Source: a virus (taxonomy: Duplodnaviria; Caudoviricetes). From it: a DNA stretch of 30,756 nucleotides. Shown one piece after another: positions 25,504-30,756 of the stretch; the stretch's first letter is position 1, and every line of letters starts with the position of its first letter. Made by a program: the position numbers and the translations under genes. The stretch spans positions 1-30,756 of IMG/VR virus record IMGVR_UViG_3300003793_000002. One strand, given 5' to 3'. The notes below the pieces were generated by a model. It worked only from the letters and a program-made list of their open reading frames with translations, ran no database searches and was not told the DNA's origin.

Positions 25504-25797
25504 TTAAAATAATGAATACTGTTGAAAATGCGCCTGTAATAAATTACTGACGTTTGATAATGTGTATTTACTGAACGGTACCTCTTCGCCTACTATTTGC
25601 CGCACAATTTCTTTCGTGAGGTCTTTGTTACCTATGAAGCTGGACACCGATAAATCAAACTGTAAACGGTTGTTATTAAATTCTGATCTTAACCGTCCGA
25701 TTGTTTCCGATGCCTTTACTTTAAGGCTCATATCCTGCCTTAATTTGCGAAGTTGACTAACTGACTGTATGAACATTTTATTTTGCATAATTGCCAT
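25504..25797 (-). CDS. Hypothetical early protein
   Basis: Likely ATG at 25797; ends QQYSLF. Confidence 0.65.
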   Translation of the reverse strand: MAIMQNKMFIQSVSQLRKLRQDMSLKVKASETIGRLRSEFNNNRLQFDLSVSSFIGNKDLTKEIVRQIVGEEVPFSKYTLSNVSNLLQAHFQQYSLF

Positions 25798-25907
25798 TTT
25801 TATTGTAAAAAACCTATATTTGTCCTCTAATTTCACGAAAAGCATATAAGCCGTTTACCGCTTTGCTTTTCAATTGTGATTTGCTTTCAGTGGGGATAGG
25901 GTTAAAC

Positions 25908-26696
25908 CTATCCCTTTATTTTTGCGTTAATAATTCTAAACACTTTCCAAAAATCGCTTTCAATCTTTTCTTTACCGTTTCGATTAATTAGGGCTACAAA
26001 AGCTTTGCTTTGGGCTTGACTTTTCTCAAGTCCAGGAAGCACTCTAGCTTCTTTCGCTTCTTCGATAAAGGTGTCGTCTATTACTATCGTTTCTGCTTCT
26101 GTAATCACTTTCGCCTCAACGTTTAATTTGGCTTGCCTTCTCAGCTCTTCTTCTATTATTACCTGTTCTCTTGCCTTAGCTTCGCACTTTTCTTTGTAGT
26201 TGATGTATCTTTCGATAACTTCAAAGGGCTTCCCCCTGCTGTCTGCTAATTCTTGTATGGCTTCTTTTCTCGTATCGAAGAAGATAGGGGCATTCCAATT
26301 TTTATTTTGGATATAGTACTCAAAATGCTCGTAAAGGTCTATTTCTGCGTATTCTTCAGTTGGATGGCTTGTTAGTTTTCGGGGATTATTGCCGCCTGTT
26401 CCCCACGTCCAAACTTCCCACATAGTCTTTACGTTACTCATGATAGTATCTTGGTTTAATCCCTTTCTTTGGCAATAAAAGAAAGCCTCATCCTCGTTAT
26501 CAAAATCCACCCCCTCTACTAAATAATTATTGCACTCGACCTCTCTGATATGTATCCTAGGCTCTACACCTCTGGGGCTTGTCGTTTCATCGCCACCATA
26601 GTCTCGTAAGTAGTCACGATATACTACTTCTTCAATACTCATATCGCTAGTGTTAGCGATGTAACCTTTTTCGTTTAATCTTTCAATTGTTAACAT
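25908..26696 (-). CDS. Hypothetical early protein (262 aa)
   Basis: Long ORF with an acidic N-terminal half and a coiled-coil C-terminal half. Confidence 0.75.
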   Translation of the reverse strand: MLTIERLNEKGYIANTSDMSIEEVVYRDYLRDYGGDETTSPRGVEPRIHIREVECNNYLVEGVDFDNEDEAFFYCQRKGLNQDTIMSNVKTMWEVWTWGTGGNNPRKLTSHPTEEYAEIDLYEHFEYYIQNKNWNAPIFFDTRKEAIQELADSRGKPFEVIERYINYKEKCEAKAREQVIIEEELRRQAKLNVEAKVITEAETIVIDDTFIEEAKEARVLPGLEKSQAQSKAFVALINRNGKEKIESDFWKVFRIINAKIKG

Positions 26697-26773
26697 AATA
26701 ATTTGCCTTTTGGTCGGAACGCTTGCCGTTTTTTAAAAATGAATAATAAAATTAAGGGTTTTGGCTTTTACGC

Positions 26774-26962
26774 TTAAATCGCACAATTTCTCAAGAAGTC
26801 TTTAGCTAGTGTGAGCTGTGCTTTAATGTCCTCTAGGGTAAATTTACTTCCCAAAATCTTTGCGTATTTCTTTGGGCTTTTTACTACTTTCTCGAGGTTT
26901 TCTACCGTCTGCCTGTTCACTTCAATTTGAGAAGCTAGAAGGCTGTTTACTGTGTGTTTCAT
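26774..26962 (-). CDS. Hypothetical early protein
   Basis: 62-aa ORF. Confidence 0.65.
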   Translation of the reverse strand: MKHTVNSLLASQIEVNRQTVENLEKVVKSPKKYAKILGSKFTLEDIKAQLTLAKDFLRNCAI

Positions 26963-26987
26963 GTTGTGTTGTTTATTGAGTGAATGA

Positions 26988-27797
26988 TTATCTTTTGCTA
27001 TTGAGAAAACCTTCTAGGGTATCGTAATAGTCTGCCTCGTCACCCCAAACTGTATCTCTATGTAATTTCTGAAACTCGGCGGTTAACTCTTTTGCTAGGT
27101 CATAAAGCCCACCTTTCCCCCACTTGTGATTGTGGTTGTAGGCTAGAGTCCCATCGAAATCTTTCGTTTCTGTAATCCATTCGACAACATCAAAATGTGT
27201 TTCTAAGTAGTCGGTTGAAGGCTGTTTATTTTCCGCTACATCTTGCGAATTATATCTCATTGCCTCGTCAGCTTGTTGGAGGTAGGCTAATATCTCAGCC
27301 CCTACTCTTTCCGCTTCGTCCTCGTCCTCCCATTCAGTCCAATAATTATCGTCCTCGTTCTCCTCTCTTAATCCTTCATAATCCCATCCATCCTCGGCTA
27401 TACAACCCTCGCTACAATAAAAATCAATCCCGTTAATCACATAGCCTTCTGTAATTGTCTTTAGGCAGCAATGGCAATAGTGTTTGCCTTCTTCTTCCTT
27501 CTCCCTTATCTGCTCCTGCCTTACTAGATGCGGAATAGTCCCCTCAATTTTGCTTTCTAGCTTCCATAAAAATTCGCAAGCAAAGGTGCCGTCCTCTGTA
27601 GCTGCTGTAATCTCATCCATTAACCTATCCAACTGCAAAGCCTCGTCATAGGTAAATACTAGCTTATTTGTTTCAGTATTGATAATATCGTGAGCACTGT
27701 CCTCCGGATGATAACTCTCGCCGTTCTTGTGTAGTTCTGTCAAAAATGCTTTTGCCTCTTCGATTGTGTTTATTGAGGTCGGTAATGTTGTAATCAT
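26988..27797 (-). CDS. Highly acidic multi-module protein with central Zn finger
   Basis: YHPEDSAHDI module; CHCC...EGYVI...YCSEGC...YWTEWE module; C-terminal LAKELTAEF..LH module. Confidence 0.75.
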   Translation of the reverse strand: MITTLPTSINTIEEAKAFLTELHKNGESYHPEDSAHDIINTETNKLVFTYDEALQLDRLMDEITAATEDGTFACEFLWKLESKIEGTIPHLVRQEQIREKEEEGKHYCHCCLKTITEGYVINGIDFYCSEGCIAEDGWDYEGLREENEDDNYWTEWEDEDEAERVGAEILAYLQQADEAMRYNSQDVAENKQPSTDYLETHFDVVEWITETKDFDGTLAYNHNHKWGKGGLYDLAKELTAEFQKLHRDTVWGDEADYYDTLEGFLNSKR

Positions 27798-27807
27798 TAA
27801 AGTTAAT

Positions 27808-28272
27808 TTAATCGTTTAGTAAAATTGTTTTAATCTCGTTGTAAACTTTTTCGGCTATTGTTATATCTTCCCAATCCCTAAAATTAGAATTTGTTGTCTC
27901 TTCATATAGTGTTGGGTATGAAATAAAAGTTATCACGCTTGCCCCGTAAAAGTGGCTTTGTGAGGGTGTGTCAATATAAGCGCAAACCCTCCACTCATAA
28001 GAACAATTTCTGATATAACACTGCAACAATAAGACTACATTATTAGATATCGTTTCCTTGTATGTGTACCTTTCGTAGTAACTATCAAAAGAAATAGTTC
28101 CTGTGCCTAACTTTTCGAAGGCTTCTTTTATTGTCTCTAATCGAATTTTTTGCCCCAATGAATTATCGTGCTTAAAAAATAAATCTTTCAGTTTAGAAAA
28201 TTGCTCTTTTTTATAGTCTGTGGTGGGGTGCGGGGCTACATTATTTGCGGTGTAGATAGTCGTTGCAATCAT
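27808..28272 (-). CDS. Hypothetical early protein
   Basis: 154-aa ORF. Confidence 0.7.
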   Translation of the reverse strand: MIATTIYTANNVAPHPTTDYKKEQFSKLKDLFFKHDNSLGQKIRLETIKEAFEKLGTGTISFDSYYERYTYKETISNNVVLLLQCYIRNCSYEWRVCAYIDTPSQSHFYGASVITFISYPTLYEETTNSNFRDWEDITIAEKVYNEIKTILLND

Positions 28273-28302
28273 TGTACTAAGTTTTAAAATTTGATTAATT
28301 AA

Positions 28303-28662
28303 TTATCTTTTATCGTATCCTGCAACGTGCCACCATTTAACGCTGTTACTTGCACAAGTACCGTGAATATTTGCGCCACTGCTGCACCCTGCAAACATTA
28401 TAGCCATAGCTGCCAATACTATTAAAAGTATCGTTTTTATTGCTTCAGTATCCTTTTTTATTCTTGTCGGTATTTTGCGAAGATTGTAAGGGATGGCATC
28501 TAAACCCCATTCAAAACTAAAACCAATTGCCTTACATTCTGCTTGCATTTGCGTTAATTGTTCGTAGTTTATATCTTCGCCATATTCGCTAGAATAATAG
28601 TCTAAAATTGCCTGTAAATTAATTGGCAATGTTTCCTGTACTTCGAATAAATCTACTGTCAT
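28303..28662 (-). CDS. Hypothetical protein with C-terminal TM/lipobox-like segment
   Basis: DLFE...GFSFEWGLDAIPYNLRK followed by ILLIVLAAMAIMFAG-C. Confidence 0.7.
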   Translation of the reverse strand: MTVDLFEVQETLPINLQAILDYYSSEYGEDINYEQLTQMQAECKAIGFSFEWGLDAIPYNLRKIPTRIKKDTEAIKTILLIVLAAMAIMFAGCSSGANIHGTCASNSVKWWHVAGYDKR

Positions 28663-28669
28663 AACTTTT

Positions 28670-28736
28670 GCATCTTTAAGGCTGCCGCCTGTTGTTTTAT
28701 GTTAAAAAATAGGCAGTTTTGAAGCTCTGCCAACTT
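28670..28736 (-). promoter_or_regulatory. Two tandem H-type pseudoknot motifs
   Basis: AAGU-UGGCAG-A-GCUU-CAAAA-CUGCC (28712-28736) and AGGC-GGCA-GCCU-UAAAGA-UGC (28670-28690). Confidence 0.5.
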
Positions 28737-28742
28737 AAGATG

Positions 28743-29132
28743 CTAGTTAATTTCTTGCAGTTCTTCAATCTCGTTATCGTCCCAAATTCTTTGCACCCCC
28801 GCATATTCTTTTAAAACCGCCTTGTAAGTCTTAAATGCTTTGCGGCTGTCCTCGTCATAGCCAAACTCGCTGCAAAAGTTCTCAAACGTTCCAACCTCAT
28901 ACTTAGTCAAGCAGGCTAAAACATCATAGGGAGTAGGTTCTATCCCGTTATTTGCGATACTTTGCCCAAACTTAAACGAGAAACTTTTTTTACCTCGCTG
29001 TAGCCTAATTTGGTAAATGTCCCGACACTGTTTATCATCTTCAAAATAGAAGTCGTGTTCTAGATAAGAACAACTAAACTGAACGCCCGTTTTCTTTAAA
29101 AAATTTACTGCCCGTGATTGATATTCTGACAT
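28743..29132 (-). CDS. Conserved hypothetical phage early protein
   Basis: FGQS...PTPYDVLACLTKYEVGTFENFCSEFGYDEDSRKA, a motif widespread in phages. Confidence 0.8.
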   Translation of the reverse strand: MSEYQSRAVNFLKKTGVQFSCSYLEHDFYFEDDKQCRDIYQIRLQRGKKSFSFKFGQSIANNGIEPTPYDVLACLTKYEVGTFENFCSEFGYDEDSRKAFKTYKAVLKEYAGVQRIWDDNEIEELQEIN

Positions 29133-29175
29133 AATATTTCGCAAGTCTTTTATACAGTGCTGCCTCTGCTTTAAT

Positions 29176-29231
29176 GGTTAAGACGGGTATTTTTCAACCC
29201 GTTTCGAATATTAAATTCTCGTCAGTTAACC
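29176..29231 (-). ncRNA. Hammerhead ribozyme (type I)
   Basis: GGUUAA-CUGACGA-GAAU-UUAAU-AUUC-GAAA-CGGGU-UGAAAAAU-ACCCG-UC-UUAACC: full catalytic core, three paired stems and a GUC cleavage triplet. Confidence 0.92.
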
Positions 29232-29596
29232 TATTCTTCATTTTCATCAACCAGCACAACATCAAAGCAGCGTGGGCAGTCTAAAATATAATCCGCAATA
29301 CTTGACAAGTCAACATATTCAACGGGATTATTAAAACTTTCAACGTTACCATAGCCGTTTAACTTAACGTAATCATCTGATAAGTTATAAGTCCCGTAAC
29401 AAACAGAACGGATAGCATCTATTTTAGTGTCAAAACGAACATTAAAAAAATCTTCATTATTTTGGAAAATAATACCATCGAAATCATTAGAAAGTTCGCA
29501 ATAAATATCGTTTGCTTGCACCAATTCACTAGCGGTTAAATTTTCTAAGTACTCAATAACTGCTTCTTTTGTGTTTAAAATTTCTGTATGTATCAT
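29231..29596 (-). CDS. Acidic hypothetical early protein
   Basis: Likely ATG at 29596; DDYVKLNGYGNVESF motif. Confidence 0.75.
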   Translation of the reverse strand: MIHTEILNTKEAVIEYLENLTASELVQANDIYCELSNDFDGIIFQNNEDFFNVRFDTKIDAIRSVCYGTYNLSDDYVKLNGYGNVESFNNPVEYVDLSSIADYILDCPRCFDVVLVDENEE

Positions 29597-29667
29597 TTTA
29601 TTATGCGTGTTGATTTCTTGCCGCCGCAAGGGGTTAAATGTTATAAATATTGTCATTCTTTCGTTAA

Positions 29668-29707
29668 GACGGTGTAAAAGTAGGGAAAGCATTTTAAATA
29701 AAACAAA
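29668..29707 (-). promoter_or_regulatory. Early promoter
   Basis: TTTG-N21-TACTTTTA on minus; 15/17 identical to 20567-20583. Confidence 0.6.
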
Positions 29708-29887
29708 TAAATCTTTGTAATCTTCAAAAAAATAGAAAACATTTAATAAAATAGCACATTCATTAAATAAAATCTAATAAAACGCCGTCAAACTGAATGG
29801 AATAAACCGACAATTTGAAAAGCAGATGACGAAAACAACTGGATAAAAACAGATAAAAAACAGATGAACGGAAACCAGGAAAAGGCT

Positions 29888-30256
29888 TTATTTATCGTGT
29901 CGGGTTCTGCGGAGTTGTGCTTCGAATTGTTGCAGGATGTGCACGCCTTCCGGAGTGATAGACCAAAGAAACTGAACCTTATTAAGTGGCTGTAATATTT
30001 TGTCTCTTTTTTCAACATACCCAAAAATCTCTAACTTGCTGAGATAGTCTTTAACATATTCGTGATAAAAGCCATAGCCCCAAAAATTAAGAACCTTTAA
30101 AATTCTTTGTGTTGGCTTATCTGCACCTGAATGATTAACAGCGGAAAGGACATTGATAAGTGTGAGGTTTAATCTAGGTTTATTTATTTGCGACTTGTTT
30201 AAAATCTTAATTGAACGGTTTACAGTATTTATTTTATGTAAATTCTGCAATCTCAT
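29888..30256 (-). CDS. Winged-helix (MarR-like) protein
   Basis: YLSKLEIFGYVEKR...WSITPEG. Confidence 0.6.
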   Translation of the reverse strand: MRLQNLHKINTVNRSIKILNKSQINKPRLNLTLINVLSAVNHSGADKPTQRILKVLNFWGYGFYHEYVKDYLSKLEIFGYVEKRDKILQPLNKVQFLWSITPEGVHILQQFEAQLRRTRHDK

Positions 30257-30485
30257 TTGTTTTAAATTTTTGTCACTTTGAAAGAAGTAGAAGGTATTTA
30301 TTTGCGTATAGTGTGAGAGGTTACCTCGCAAATGTACCTGCACGAAACAGAAACGGGGCAAATTTCGAAGATAACCCAAAAGTAAGGGAATTATACCTAA
30401 AATGAATTAAACGGTCTAGAATCGCCTTGAAATAAGAATTACTGTTTTTAGTGTTTTTTGCCATGATCTGAAAGTTATTAATAAA

Positions 30486-30505
30486 GTTCTGTAATAGTTC
30501 TGTAA
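30486..30505 (-). repeat. Second, inverted pair of integrase arm-type repeats
   Basis: GTTCTGTAA twice at 11-nt period, the reverse complement of the attP TTACAGAAC. Confidence 0.75.
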
Positions 30506-30756
30506 TTTCCCGTAAAAATATCCTAACTGCTTAATTATCAATGATTTATGTATAACGGTGCGAATTGTAGCACAATTATTTGCTTTTGATGGTAGGCTTT
30601 TGGTGCTGTGTCCTGCTGTGGAGTAGCCCCAAAATCTGAATTTGCCAAAAGTGTAGGCACTCGATTGATTGTTTGCCGTTTCCCCTTCGCCGCACCCACC
30701 CGCCCGAATTAGACGTTACCCCATTCCCCAACCCCCACAAAAAATAATAATCTCAA

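Noticed and set aside
29830-29880. AAACAGAT-type short repeats
   Set aside because: Low complexity and too few copies to interpret.
1351-30405. Short opposite-strand or off-frame ORFs in the track (e.g. 1351..1605, 5094..5390, 12966..13307, 19803..20156, 23622..23843, 24223..24501, 27197..27436)
   Set aside because: They are shadows of better-supported genes or of att DNA and show no motifs.

Overview
This window is about 31 kb of an AT-rich temperate phage of Bacteroidota; the TAnnTTTG promoters, A/G-Q signal peptides and att core point to a Chitinophagaceae-like host (inference). From left to right it contains: the end of the tail-fibre module; a lysis module (holin-like genes, a u-spanin-like lipoprotein, a GH24 lysozyme); a metallophosphoesterase; a secreted non-specific nuclease moron; a long leftward early/replication operon (HNH, ASCH-like, primase-helicase, DUF6291-like initiator, exonuclease plus annealase, Xis, Cro); a CI repressor; a tyrosine integrase; an intact attP with a tRNA 3'-end core; and a leftward block of small acidic early genes. 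The most notable non-coding features are a canonical hammerhead ribozyme (29176-29231, minus strand) and a recurring H-type pseudoknot placed 7-8 nt upstream of several start codons. Others are a kissing-loop terminator leader before the replication genes and two candidate structured sRNAs. The window also holds a captured fragment of a mobile-element origin with a truncated DUF6371-like primase, and a second, inverted set of integrase arm repeats at 30486-30505. All family calls come from motif recognition by eye; no searches were run.
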